Source: Phyllobates terribilis | Lineage: Eukaryota | DNA: 64,000 bases | Assembly: GCF_046119375.1 (NCBI RefSeq) | Contig: NW_027362768.1 | Coordinates: 188,418,001-188,482,000 of the forward strand | Direction: 5' to 3' | Shown here: piece by piece, positions 26,901 through 38,576 of the stretch | How positions within the stretch are numbered: the stretch's first letter is position 1 | Layout of the letters: each line of letters starts with the position of its first letter | Notes under the pieces: generated by a model | What the model was told of the DNA's origin: nothing | Databases searched by the model: none | What the model saw: the letters and a program-made list of their open reading frames with translations, nothing else | Made by a program: the position numbers and the translations under genes

Positions 26901-29900
26901 TCTACAGGTACCATTTTGGGGCTCCATGCAACTTTTAAGTCTCATATTAACATTTTTTGGGAGGTAATGTAAGAAAAGAAAAAAAAACAAACAAAATAAA
27001 AACAGCAATTATGCCATGTAAATTTTTTGTAGGTGCGGGGGAGAGGGGTGAAATTCCACAATTGTTGTTTTTTTTTTTATTTTTTTTTAATTATTTACCA
27101 TGTTCACCATGTGGTAAAAACGGACTTTCCATTATGATTCTCCAGGTTATTACGAGTTCGCAGATACCAAACATGTATAGCTTTTTTTTTATTTAAGTGG
27201 TGAAAAAAAACATTCCGAAATTTGAATGAAACTTTTTTTTTTTTTTTGCATTTTGTTACCATCTCCTGAGACCTGCAGCGTCTACATTTTTCAGGATCTG
27301 GGGCGCACATTTTTTTTTACGCGCCGAGCAGATTTTTTTTTATTAATACCATTCTGGGGTAGATACAACGTTTTGATCACCTTTTATTGTAATGTTGCGA
27401 CGACCCAAAAAAAAAACAAAAAACGTAATTGTTTTTTTCTTCTCACTACGCTGTTTACCGATCGGGTTAACTTACTTTATATTTTGACAAATTGAACATT
27501 TCTGAACGCAGCGATAAAAAAAAATATATATATTATATATATATATATATTTTTTTTTTTTCTTTTTATTTGATTTTCAATGGGGCAAAATGGGGGTAAT
27601 TTGAAGGCTTGCTTTTTTTTAAAAAAAAAAAATAAAAATTATATAAAGTTCGATTTTAGTATGTAGTATGAAGTGTTTTATTATGGGAACGAAAACTTAG
27701 GCTTAAGAGATAACGGTCATCAGAACTGTTGCAGACCAAAAAGGAGCCATCTAGCACATTAGCCAAGTTTCTTCTGCTAATATATATATATTTTTTTACT
27801 TTTGGCTTTACTTAGGAGACTTTGAAGCTGCGATTGATTGTACTTTGAACTTGTTATCAGTATAAAAGACACCTGTCCGCAACCTCAAAACAGTCACACT
27901 CCAAACTCCACTATGCTGAAGACCAAAGAGCTGTCGAAGGACACCAGAAACAAAACTGTAGCCCAGCACCAGGCTGGGAAGACTGAATCTGCAATAGGCA
28001 AGCAGCTTGGTGTGAAGAAATCAACTGTGGGAGCAATAATTAGAGAATGGAAGACATACAAGACCACTGTATAGCAGAAATCACAATCTCCTATGAACGT
28101 TGGCCATGAGCCGGCATTCACAGGAGGAATGTGATGACAGTCACAGGGGTCTTCTGCAAACTCAGGACTTGTGAAGCATTTCTGGCTGGCGAGTGTTAAA
28201 CGCCGCTAATTAACTGCTGCAGGTGAATCTTGGATCCACCTGCATCTATTAGAGGCACTTGATAGCTGATTAAGACAGCCATCAAGTGCAGGGAAATATG
28301 CAGGCTCAGTGCCGGAGCCCGCATCAAAGGCAGGGAGGGACACGACCGATGACGTCATTATAGGTCATCGGTCGTGAAGGGGTTAAAATGCTGTGATGGG
28401 CGCTGGCTCCAATTGCAGCCATTACAATTGCATACCACCTATATAATTGCTATAGAGCCCGGTCCATTCTGTAAACGTATGGAGGATGTAGCCAAGTGTA
28501 CAATATAGTTAATGTAAGACCTGAAGAACGTACCTCGGGAAACTTCTGCACTTTGCAAAACTTGACGCCATTTCGTAACCTGGAAAAGTATTAAAATGAA
28601 GGAGAAAAATAAAAAAAAAATAAAAAAATTGTATGGAATAAAATTGCAAAGATCAAGCGTTTTGGCCTTCTAGATCCTTTATTATGGGGATCTGGCAACA
28701 CAAAACGCGTGAACATTTCTAATGTATATACAAAGTTAATGCATAAAATAAAATTCCCTCTCCGTTTTGTCCACATCCCCAACGCGGCACATAGAATATT
28801 ATAGGGACCGTCCCTTTGATTCAATTATATTAAAGTTTTGGATATAGAATATTTTTAAAAAATTTAGGAAAAAAAAAAGACAAATACTCACTTTTTGCAT
28901 TTCTCACAGCTGTACATGTTGTCACCTGCGCAAGATGGAAAAAATATTATCAGTTATCATTCACAACCATAAACTATTTTTCTCTTAGGAGAAGATCAAT
29001 GCAAGTAACCCAGTCTACTAAAGTAAAAAAAAGTTAATAAAATCAAATATGCCTCACAAAACATGACGACAGGGTTCACAACAGTGGTAAAATTTGTTCG
29101 ACATGACTTGTTTATTTGCAATTTTGGCAAAAATTTTGAAAGAGAAAAAAAAACAAACAAAAAAAAACACAATTTTCAAACCTTCAATCTTTATATCCTT
29201 AGACCAAGTCAGTCTCGATGCACAAAATAATTAGTGAATAATAACATGTCCCATGTGTCACTTAACATCGCCATCGTTTTTTATTTTGTTAGGATGTTGG
29301 AGCGTTTCGAAGTTTAGCAGCCATTTCTCATTTTTTTTGCAATTTACAAATCCTGTTTCTTTAGGGACCTATTCACGTCTCAATGGACTTTGAGGGGCTT
29401 ATATATCTTGGAAACTCCCCCAAAAGTGATACCATTTTAAAAACTGCACCCCTCAAATACTTCAAAACTTTTGTCAAGAAACTTTTCAACGCTTCAGGTG
29501 CTACACAGCAATTAATGCAAAAGTGAAATGGGAAAAAAAAAAAAGAAGGTTGCTTTAGCCCCAATTTTTTCACTTCTGCAAGAGGTAACACCAAAAAGTG
29601 GACCCCATAGTGTGTTTCCCACCTTCTTAAGAGTGCAGCGATACCCCCACATGTAGTCAAAAAGTTCTGTTTGAACAAATGGCAGAGCTCGGAGCGGATG
29701 GAGCAATATTTAGCTGAAAGATGGCGGGGCACCATGTCGCATTTGCAGGGCCCCTAAAGTACCTAAACAGCAGAAACCCCCCACATCTGACCCCGTTTTG
29801 GAAACTACACCCCTCTAGTATTTTAACCAGGGGTATAGTGAGCATTTTGAACCCACAGAATTTGATAAAATTAGATCGTCATATTGAATATGTTGTCATA

Positions 29901-32900
29901 TCGTCATCATTTTTTTTTTTAACTTTTGAAAAAAAAAAACAACCTACGCCTAACCCCAACGCGCGTCAAAGAATGAGAGAAATATATAAAAAATTACTTT
30001 TAACATTTGTATGTGACTAAGGGAGGTGACACAGGGATGATTAGGAGATTGGGGAAGGAAAATTGAAACGGAGCTAGAAATGATTATTTTTTTATCTAAC
30101 AGGACAGCACTTTGACATGGTGGGGGGGGAGGGGAGAAGAGAGATGCACTACGTCCAGAGGAGAGAGAAATTATTTTTTATTTTATTTTTACACCGGATC
30201 TCACTTTTTTTTTTTTTTTTTTTTTTAAGTTTAATAAAGACGATCACAAGATCAGGGACCGAAAAAAAATGGCCCTGCTCATGTTCTCCAGGGTCTCAGC
30301 TACATGGCAATAAGGGAATAAGACCCCTTTGTGGCCGAGTATTGTGGAGGTAGCAGAAGAAAAGATTTTTATTTTTTTCAGATGAGAAAGAAGGATGCAA
30401 CAAGAATTGTAAAAAAATTAAAAAAATGGGTCCAGTGAACTGAAAGGAAGAAACATCTAGGAAATTTAAATGATAAAAAATATAACGATGTGTCAGTCTC
30501 GGCTTTATACTGGATTTTCTGTATAGTTTATTAGAAAAAAACCCATGTGAAACCAGCGGATAACGGATCAGCATAACTCACCTTTTAGTTCGTCCCTGGC
30601 AAAGAAAGCTGCCAGGCAATCCTGCAATGTGACAGTGGGACCCCAAAACCAGCTAAGGAGGGTACATGAAAGAGCAAATTAGAGTACGATCGTATGCAAA
30701 AAAGTAGCTAAAACTCTAGCAAGAGACCAGCGACTGCCATCCGCACCTCTTAAAATATTCCAGGAAGAAGGCGATCCATCCTTGAGGAGCATACGCCTCG
30801 CCGCAGGAGCCCGCCTTCACTAAAGACGTCTGATGGCTGGACGAGTGCAACTTCGCCAGATCTTCCTTCCCCGGGATCGGAAGGGAAAGGTCCTGAAAGG
30901 TTTCCAGTGTAACAGAGATCTGAAAAAAAGAGCAGAAAAAAAAAAAATAGAATATTGAAGAAATCATTCGACAAAAATGTGTTTCTTGAAAAAAATTCTG
31001 ATTACAAATGCGGAACAACGCGTATCACCGTGTGAGTAAAATAAGATCAAAATATAAAATTATGGAACCTGTAAGCGAAATGCTGCAAAGGGGGGAGGAA
31101 AAAAAAAGTGAAAAACTGTTGCTGTTTGGTGCAGTGACCAATGAAAAACAATGAAAAACAGGCCCCATCAACGGAAAACTATAAAAAGGGTAAAAAGTCT
31201 CTAAAAATGGCGACAAAATAATGGCATCACTCAAAACTAAACCTCATCTTGCAAATAAGCCCTCGTGAAGCTTTGTGGACAAAAAATAAAATAAGTTATG
31301 ACTGCCGAAAGAAGGAGAAAAAAAAAAAAGGCCTGGTCATTAAAGGGGGTAAGACTGGGGGGTTACACGGTGTTGGGGATGGTTTTGGGACGTTATGACG
31401 ATTCTTGCTCGCGAGCACAACTCACCCGATCGCAGGTCAGACATTGCACCGAGCTCACGATGGTGCCGTCAAAGACATCGGATATCACGCTGCGATACTT
31501 CTTCTGCCGCTTCTTCTTGGGAAGGCAAACTGTGGGGGCTGAAAACAAAAAAATGACGGCTCAGATCACCAGCGAACGTACATCCAAGGATTGCCGGTGT
31601 GTGCACCCATGATACCTTTTTTATGGCTTGTCCATAGCGATCCGGATTTCGGGGGGCTGCTTGACACGTGGGGTGCGGAGCCGTCACTCAGCAGGGGAGT
31701 CTGAGAGGCGGACAGGTCATTCATGAGGACTTCAGTGGCGTAGTCTACAACACAGGACATGACAAGCTGAGTCCCCTCGTCGTGCATCTGAGGTCGGGGC
31801 ACTGACTGCGGCCCGTCACTTACCCGATATCCGACTCTGGATCTGGACCTTGATGGTTCCTTGGGAGGAGTATTCATTGTCCTCCGTCAGGCTCTCCAGG
31901 TTCTTCTCCAGATCTTGCAGACAGTTGTCCTGGTTTACATGGTTAGAGTTCTTCTTTTCTTTCTGCCAGGACTTCACCGCCTCCTGCTCCTTTTGGTCCT
32001 CCTGGATTAACATGGCCGATTCGGACAGTTCCTCCGATAGCTTCCGACTCTCGTTTTCCGTCTGATCGCTGCTGGATCCGGACTCGCAGGACTGGAAGTC
32101 ATTGTCTGATTGGTTCTTCTCTTCTTCCATGATTTCTTCCAAGATCCTGGGCTGACGATCCTCTTCTGCCTCGAACATTTGCTCTTTGAGCTCTTCATGT
32201 AAAATGTCCATCAGGCAGCGCAGGAATTCCTGGGCATCCTGCAAGGGGACGGAGTGAGATCACATATTTGCCATTTCATCATGGTGCACCAGACCTTCAT
32301 CGTTATGCTGCAGTTTCCTCACTGAAAAAACTGCCTATACTAATATGATAGGAGAGGGGGGCCTCTGTTCAGGACCTTCATCTGAGGCCATCGTGGACAG
32401 TGGCTATAAAGAGCGTCTCTCGCCCCGGAGGACCCGCTCATCATGTCCAGGCTGCATGGTCCAGGTACACGTGGACTGGCTCCATACACGAGACTGTCAA
32501 CCAATCTCATCAAAATTACTGGAAATCAGCCCAAAAGCTTGGGGGGCCGTTATTTCAGTTCTCCCTTTACAAATGGATAAAACACACACACACACTTGCA
32601 GGTCACTAAGTAAAGCGATTAACCAGCCTGTTAAGTAATCATATAGGGCCAAGCATCAATTCACTAAAGGTGTCAGAGAGAGTCCCGAGACACCAGACCA
32701 TCTCTGAGGACCTTCCCACCATTAAACAGCACCGGTCCCGAGACACCAGACCCATCAGACCATCTCCAGACACCAGACCATCTCCAAAGGATCTTCCCAT
32801 CATCAAACAGCACCGGTCCCAAGACACCAGACAGTCTCCGAGGACCTTCTCACCATCACACAGCACTGGTCCCGAGACACCAGACAGTCTCAGAGGACCT

Positions 32901-35900
32901 TCTCACCATCACACAGCACCGGTCCCAAGACACCAGACAGTCTCCGAGGATCTTCTCACCATCACACAGCACCGGTCCCGAGACACCAGACAGTTTCCGA
33001 GGACCTTCCCAACATCACACACCTCTGATCTCAAGAGTCGACGCAGGCAGAGGAGTCTTACCTGCTGGGAGTAGCCACGGAAGGTCGGGTTTACTGTTTT
33101 TATGCCTTGAAACAGATTAGTAGGTATGACAGAGCCGGGCCTGGGGAGAACGGGGAGAAGGACAGAAGACCAGGACAGGGATCTGTTAGAGGATTAACCC
33201 GACTGATTATAAAAAAAAGTTCACATTTCAGATATGAAGCGACACAATCCAACAACTCGCTTCACTACGGAGGTCACAAAAATGGTGTTTGCAGTGCAAA
33301 GACTGGAACATGGGGGAGGATAAAGGGTAGGAAACAGAACTGGAACGTGCTCATCTTGTGTCAGGGGGCAGATATTCGGACCTACCGGTTCTTGTGCCAG
33401 ATCTCCGACATCAGCTTCTGGTAGCTTTTACACAGGGCGGGCTTCTTGTCTGTACGAGCGAGCCCACCGCAGTCCAGGAAGAAAAGCGTCAGAGGGGGGC
33501 TGGGGGAAAAGGAGACAGAATCTGATTAGTATTCGCATGTGGAATGGAGGACACTCCGTAAATTATGGCGCAGGGCTCGGCCGCACCTCTGACGCTCAAT
33601 GTAGTGATATAATCTGCCCAGAATTTGGCAAAACTTGACTCATTGGCTTCACGTTCCGATCTAACAGTGGGAGGTGAACCATCATGCTTAAAAAGTGGTC
33701 TGGTGCAATTTTATCATTAAGGTGCACCACTTTTCTCACTGCCAAAAGACCGACCACCGCTGGGTGGCCGAACATGCCTAGTGGTTACAAGAAATTTTTT
33801 TAGCTTGTAAGCACTTCTGTGAAGCTGCCAGGATGGCGGTGTTAGTGCCTGACCCCGGCCAGCCTCATTGCGGTGCTTACAAGCTAGACAGCTGCGGTGG
33901 TCGGTCTCCTAGGAAACAAGGTTTAATGCCTCAAAAACGGCTTAGATTTATGATAAATGGTAAATCGACTTCATGTAGCTCCGCGCGCTCGTCCGCAGAG
34001 CAGATGGGTGTAGTAGTTGCCCGCACATACGTAGATCGCATGGAGCACTTTACATGCAGGCGGCTTGCGCCCCGGCGTACGCGGCAGCGTGCTTACCAGT
34101 TGGACAGCGCCTGCAGAGCTGCATTCATGTAACACGTGTTTCCAATGTTCTTCAGCCCGGTGAGACCTAAACATCATAAATAATGCAATCAGCCGATCAA
34201 TAACACCACAGGCACCGGAGAGGCACTGTCTGTGCCGAGAGAAGGGCACAAAAGGCCAAAAAAATGCACCAAGTTAATGGGGTACATACATTAAAAAGGT
34301 GAGCGTTCGGTGGTTGGCCATTCCTCCAGACCCCCCCACACATGCACAGAGAGGGAAATAAGCATCTCCCCATGAGAACAAAGGATCGGGCATGCTGAAA
34401 TCCACCAGCCTGATCCTTATCTTCTGCATCATCCATCATCAGTGGAGAATCAGCTCTGACCCCCCCAACACCACAGCGATAGGGTCAGCAGACTCCATCT
34501 GACTATAATCAGTCCTAATTGCAGCAAAATTGCATTTATTATCTGAGGACTCGTCAAATCTGAAAGCAGAATAAATGGACGGGGTTAAAGAAAAAAAAGA
34601 AAAAGAGAATACACACGGAACAAGTCTCAAAGCGAGAAGAACCGAAGATTGGAGCGGAGGACCGAGAAGCTGGAGTGCGGCAGAACAGGCGAGTATAATG
34701 CGTCTTATTTTAACCCCGGACCAGCCGTCATTTTGTTGGATTTGTGCTCATCAATCCCAAAAATTTCAGATTTTCCCAAATACAAATTAGGGGGAAATTT
34801 GCTACAAATTTGATTCACTCATCTCTGGGGAATAGAAAGCATCAGCACGGAATAGCGCCTCCTTGTGGGCCCCTAACATTTAGCCGTATGGACCGCCCCT
34901 ATAGCACTGGCCTCGTATCTGGGACACCCCCGTTATGAGCCCACCTCGGCTCTTCAGCTCGTCTTCCTCCAGTTCGATGTCCAGGTTCTCATAAGTCACA
35001 GCCGGCGGCGTCTTCAGCGTCAGATTCGACGTCATCCTCGATTCCTTTGGGATGAAGCAGACGGTTACTACAGATCCGGACGACACGGCGGCTCTGCTCT
35101 GCCATCTCCTTCCCCCCTCTCTGCGGCTCGTACCTGCGCAGGGCCGCTCTCCTGGGGTTTGGCGTTAGGAGCAGATGGGGCGGCGCTCAGCTTCCGGTCC
35201 AGGAACACTTCCTTACTGCAGGTGTAGCACCAGACCCGCAGCGTGGTGAGGTTCACAGTGAGGCAATGCTTGGTGTCCTACGTGAAGGGGTTAATAACCA
35301 TATACAGCAGATTACTACCCACGCTCCGGACAACAGCGCCGCTCTGGTGCACAAGGCTGTGTCTGGTACTGCAGCTTGGACCCCGCTCTAATAAACGCTG
35401 CAATACTGTTCGCAGCCAATGGGCATTAGTAGCTTGGATTTCCACGCGATATGCCCTGGGCAATTCACTTTTTGAATTGGCGAAAGTCTCTAATCTTATA
35501 ACTTTTATTTCTGTTTTAAGTAATGGCATTTACTAATTTATTAATTATGACAACTTTGTTGTTTATCGTGTAAAAAGTCTGAAAGTGAATAGACATGGGT
35601 AATTTGAGTTAGTTTTATTAAGTAGAGCACACTGTTCTAGCTTCCGAAACTTATTTGTTTCGGAACTCAGGCTGATAGTTACTAAATAAATATTAGGAAA
35701 AAAAAAAAAAGACAACTTGTTTTACTTAAAGGGATTGTCTAATAGGAGACCCCCCCCCAAAAAAATGGAAGCAGAAACTGTAAAAAAATGACTGGCAGAT
35801 AATCACTGGTGGGCACGTGCCATAGAGTTCTGGCATCACCGGAGAGGCTTTTTCTAATAAGGGATTTCTAAGTTAAAGGGATCTCCAGTAAAGGGAGGTG

Positions 35901-38576
35901 TCAAATTCTAGATCAGTGGGGGTCCGACCGCCGGGACCGGCAATGGTCAGGAGAACGGAGCTCTTCTACCCCCCCTGGTTAGATTGGAGCAGAGCAGCGC
36001 ACAGCCCCAACAGCGGCTCCATTCAGTCTTTATAGGACAGCCAGAAAGCCCTGTAGGGAATGGATGGAGCAGCGGTCGGGCTGTGGGCATCTCTCGATCA
36101 TCTGCGCTGCCCACACCATTATTATTGCACCATTATTACTGGAGAAATAACTTTTGAACGGACGGCAGAGAAGAAAAAGAAAACCGGTTCCAGAATCAGC
36201 AGGGATTGGAGGAGGGACTCAGGTTAAATTTAAAAAAAAAAAAAAAAAAAAAAGAAACTTAGTGAAAAAGTTTTCTTTAAGGGGGTTCTCCGCTGCTTCC
36301 ATCTTCTGCACTGGGATATTTGCAGCAATGCTGAGACGCCCGCGAGGTGCACGGCCGGTCGGCAGGTATCAGCCGGCACTGTGCCGTGGTCCTGGGCAGA
36401 TACATGTGGATGCAGCATGGTCAGGGCATCAGATGTGCTTCTATATAATCACAATAGTCAGGAGGTGGAGATCTCCTCCTCAATAATAACCATCACCCAG
36501 ATCCCCGGGGAACAGATTGCATCACCGCACGTGCGCAGCACAGGAGAAATATCAGCGCGTCTCATGGGCCGCCGCCGCCGCCCGACCTGCACTTCTCCGC
36601 TGCAGACCCCGCTCTGCAAGCATCGACTGCCGCAGTCGGGGACATTTATGCTGCAGATTCTCTCTACAGCGGGTTGATGAAATTTTGTGAAATCTCGTCT
36701 GCGATGATTATTACAAACCACATTTAAATCCTTTAGAAAAACAAAAGATTAAAATCCTAATATAGAACCGATGTGTCCGATTATTATCCAGGGAGGTGTC
36801 CAGCGGGTGGAGGTCCAGCAAACGCCCACGTGATGGTGCCGGGAGCTGCACAATACACTGCACATCTGCAGAAGCCATCACCGCCACTTGTGCGCACCGT
36901 GCAGCCATGTAGATCTCAGATTTCGCCCACCTGCGGGGGGCGCTGAGCCAGGTAAAGATGCAGCAATACTGACCTGAGAATGAGTAGTGCTGTGGTCCAC
37001 GTGCGACTCTCCGCAGCCGATATAGGAACAGCCATTCTACAGAGAGAGAGCGAGAGTTACCGGACGGCACAGGGGGACGGCACGAGAGGGGGCATCAGAA
37101 GATGCTGGCTTACCTCTAAACAAGCCCAGAGATTTGGTCCCTTGACTTTGCAGTCTTGGCAGATGCCCTACACAGGATAACAAGGGAACAGAGCGTTATA
37201 GGCAGATATTCCTGAAAGGATCCGACATAACCCCGCGCTGCGGAGAAGAAATGCAAAATTGCGCCTCCTGCAGTTTCCAGTTAAGGACAGATATTAATAC
37301 TAATTGTTGGTGGGACTGGAAAAAGATTTCTGAGCAGGAAATGAAGAAGGAACTTTCTGGGAATGTGCACGTGCGGGAAAGCCCAGCGCTGCAGAGAGCT
37401 GGCAGTAAATGGGCACCAGCTGTGTGCGGCGGGGGGTGACCGGCTAAGAACTGAAATCCCAGGGAATATGGTCAGACCTGAGGCGCGGCCACCGACTGCC
37501 TTATAATTGCTGCTAAGTGCACACTTGAGTGACTCCCCCTTCCCCCCAGTCTAGGGGCAGTGGGCGACGCAGATGTGGGCGACGCAGCTTTGGGTGATGT
37601 GAAATAGTGACCATCACCCCTCTATCCTCAATCCATAGGCCGTGCACATGCCGAAACCTCCGCTCCAACAGTGCCCGCATGGTAATCAACTCAAACCAAT
37701 ACCCCCTCAGTAGCCCGGGCCACTGTTCTCCTAGCAGCGTGTCCCCCCCCTCCCAATATCAGCTAATTAGAGATGGCGCCCAATAAGTGCCCACTGGGAA
37801 GCCAAAGCCCAACTAGGTGCCAAACTAGTGCCCATATAGAATCACAGAGGTCTAAGCTTCATCCATCGTTGACTGCCCTAATAGTCTGTGCCAACTCCGG
37901 GGCCACATAGTAGCCAGAGCCCAACCCAGCGCCAAGCCCCGACTAGTGTCCATACAAAAGGCAAGCAATAGACAAAGCCCATATACCAGTCCCAGCTATC
38001 ACATGGTAGTAGGAGCACAAACCAAGTGCCCATGCAGCGGTTAAGAGCCAAAGTGCCCATCTACTGGCCATGAAGCATTTCGAGCCCCATCTACTGCCCA
38101 CATTTCAGCCGCAGTCCTTTGAATGGTTCTGACCCAATCCAGTGCCCACATACAAGTCCACCTAGTGCCCATGTAAGCCATTGGAGCAGTATGGAGTGCC
38201 CACCTGGTAATTACAGCCTTGTCTGGTGCCCACATTTCAGCCGCAGCACTAATAGTCATCACCCTACACGGTGCCCCCATAATAGGAGCAGTCATGATTT
38301 CTAAAGCTCTGTGGGCCCTTTGTGCCCAGTACGACCAGTCTACAGCAGAACATCATGCCAGGCGCAGCCATTCTCGTCACATTGGAGCGGATGCAGCGGT
38401 CTGTCCGGCACGGTGTACGGTGCCGGTGTACGGACGCTCTCCAATACACAGGTCTATGGCCGGCCGTGCATTTTATAGGAACGATGGCGACTCACGTGTG
38501 ATTTCTGAATCAGCTCTTCTTTGGTCACCTCGCCCACAGACTCTAGATGGGGGCAATCACCTGCCAAGGAGGACAT
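14813..38576 (-). CDS. USP33: Ubiquitin carboxyl-terminal hydrolase 33, complete spliced CDS (23 coding exons, 892 aa)
   Basis: Exons were read by hand. All introns are GT-AG with matching phases, and the total is 2679 nt. Domains: zf-UBP ([25 protein letters not shown]), Cys box [26 protein letters not shown], His box HHGTASSGHYIAY, WYEFDD and two C-terminal DUSP domains. The termini ([37 protein letters not shown]) match my recollection of USP33 rather than USP20, and the MIGA1 neighbour agrees. Confidence 0.95.
15168..16840 (+). mobile_element. 5'-truncated, decayed L2-clade LINE (RT remnant plus 3' UTR and AAT/ATT tail)
   Basis: [45 protein letters not shown] and YADDTQIY are spread over frameshifted ORFs with in-frame stops; flanked by a direct repeat ATAGTGC (15161-15167 and 16841-16847). 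Confidence 0.9.
17167..17235 (-). CDS. USP33: USP33 coding exon 22
   Basis: [23 protein letters not shown]; ttcag acceptor, gtgaca donor. Confidence 0.92.
17712..17814 (-). CDS. USP33: USP33 coding exon 21
   Basis: [34 protein letters not shown]; cacag acceptor, gtaagt donor. Confidence 0.93.
18703..20921 (+). mobile_element. 5'-truncated CR1 LINE (part of the endonuclease plus RT) with an internal deletion
   Basis: [43 protein letters not shown], then directly SRSREV...LEYCVQFW; (ATTCTATG)n tail at about 20905-20921. Confidence 0.93.
21209..21317 (-). CDS. USP33: USP33 coding exon 20
   Basis: [37 protein letters not shown]; weak gtgaag acceptor, gtaaac donor. Confidence 0.9.
22497..22578 (-). 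CDS. USP33: USP33 coding exon 19
   Basis: [27 protein letters not shown]; tgcag acceptor, gtttgt donor. Confidence 0.92.
23058..23227 (-). CDS. USP33: USP33 coding exon 18
   Basis: [13 protein letters not shown]...[26 protein letters not shown]; tccag acceptor, gtacgt donor. Confidence 0.93.
24770..24896 (-). CDS. USP33: USP33 coding exon 17 (catalytic His and Asp)
   Basis: [42 protein letters not shown]; tccag acceptor, gtacct donor. Confidence 0.95.
25014..26200. repeat. Minisatellite C, 38-bp C-rich unit (ccccaccccgtccacctcccccggtgtattacgacagt), about 31 copies, in a USP33 intron
   Basis: Direct periodicity; the same 38-aa repeat appears in all three plus-strand frames. Confidence 0.96.
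26445..26625 (-). CDS. USP33: USP33 coding exon 16
   Basis: [20 protein letters not shown]...[14 protein letters not shown]; cgcag acceptor, gtgagt donor. Confidence 0.94.
27855..28069 (+). mobile_element. Tc1-like transposase 5' fragment (ATG at 27913, N-terminal HTH)
   Basis: [14 protein letters not shown]...[25 protein letters not shown]; no TIR or catalytic domain visible. Confidence 0.8.
28534..28579 (-). CDS. USP33: USP33 coding exon 15
   Basis: [15 protein letters not shown] (46 nt); tccag acceptor, gtacgt donor. Confidence 0.92.
28892..28925 (-). CDS. USP33: USP33 coding exon 14
   Basis: [12 protein letters not shown] (34 nt); cgcag acceptor, gtgagt donor. Confidence 0.92.
30582..30652 (-). 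CDS. USP33: USP33 coding exon 13
   Basis: [24 protein letters not shown]; cttag acceptor, gtgagt donor. Confidence 0.92.
30747..30919 (-). CDS. USP33: USP33 coding exon 12
   Basis: [25 protein letters not shown]...[11 protein letters not shown]; ttcag acceptor, gtgcgg donor. Confidence 0.93.
31426..31538 (-). CDS. USP33: USP33 coding exon 11
   Basis: [38 protein letters not shown]; ttcag acceptor, gtgagt donor. Confidence 0.92.
31616..31744 (-). CDS. USP33: USP33 coding exon 10
   Basis: [12 protein letters not shown]...[16 protein letters not shown]; tgtag acceptor, gtatca donor. Confidence 0.88.
31824..32238 (-). CDS. USP33: USP33 coding exon 9
   Basis: [20 protein letters not shown]...[11 protein letters not shown]; tgcag acceptor, gtaagt donor. 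Confidence 0.93.
32683..33020. repeat. Degenerate tandem repeat, about 53-bp unit (cagcaccggtcccgagacaccagacagtctccgaggaccttctcaccatcaca)
   Basis: About 6 recurrences of gtcccgagacaccagac. Confidence 0.85.
33062..33140 (-). CDS. USP33: USP33 coding exon 8
   Basis: [27 protein letters not shown]; cccag acceptor, gtaaga donor. Confidence 0.93.
33386..33499 (-). CDS. USP33: USP33 coding exon 7
   Basis: [37 protein letters not shown]; cccag acceptor, gtaggt donor. Confidence 0.93.
34097..34166 (-). CDS. USP33: USP33 coding exon 6 (catalytic Cys box)
   Basis: [24 protein letters not shown]; tttag acceptor, gtaagc donor. Confidence 0.95.
34945..35044 (-). CDS. USP33: USP33 coding exon 5
   Basis: [33 protein letters not shown]; caaag acceptor, gtgggc donor. 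Confidence 0.85.
35134..35277 (-). CDS. USP33: USP33 coding exon 4
   Basis: [30 protein letters not shown]...; cgtag acceptor, gtacga donor. Confidence 0.92.
36974..37036 (-). CDS. USP33: USP33 coding exon 3
   Basis: [21 protein letters not shown]; tgtag acceptor, gtcagt donor. Confidence 0.92.
37114..37167 (-). CDS. USP33: USP33 coding exon 2
   Basis: [18 protein letters not shown]; tgtag acceptor, gtaagc donor. Confidence 0.92.
38496..38576 (-). CDS. USP33: USP33 coding exon 1 (ATG at 38576; exon acceptor at 38599)
   Basis: [27 protein letters not shown]; ttttgcag acceptor upstream, gtgagt donor. Confidence 0.9.

Noticed and set aside
28341-28386. 13-bp-stem hairpin resembling a terminator
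   Set aside because: It adjoins aaggggttaa, typical of TTAA-targeting transposon ends, and the context is eukaryotic.
14813-38576. Alternative identity USP20, with MIGA2 as neighbour
   Set aside because: The N- and C-terminal sequences and linker regions fit USP33, and the neighbour fits MIGA1 (AALRV.D.PL, WEP, NIPVTTPENLYLMG).
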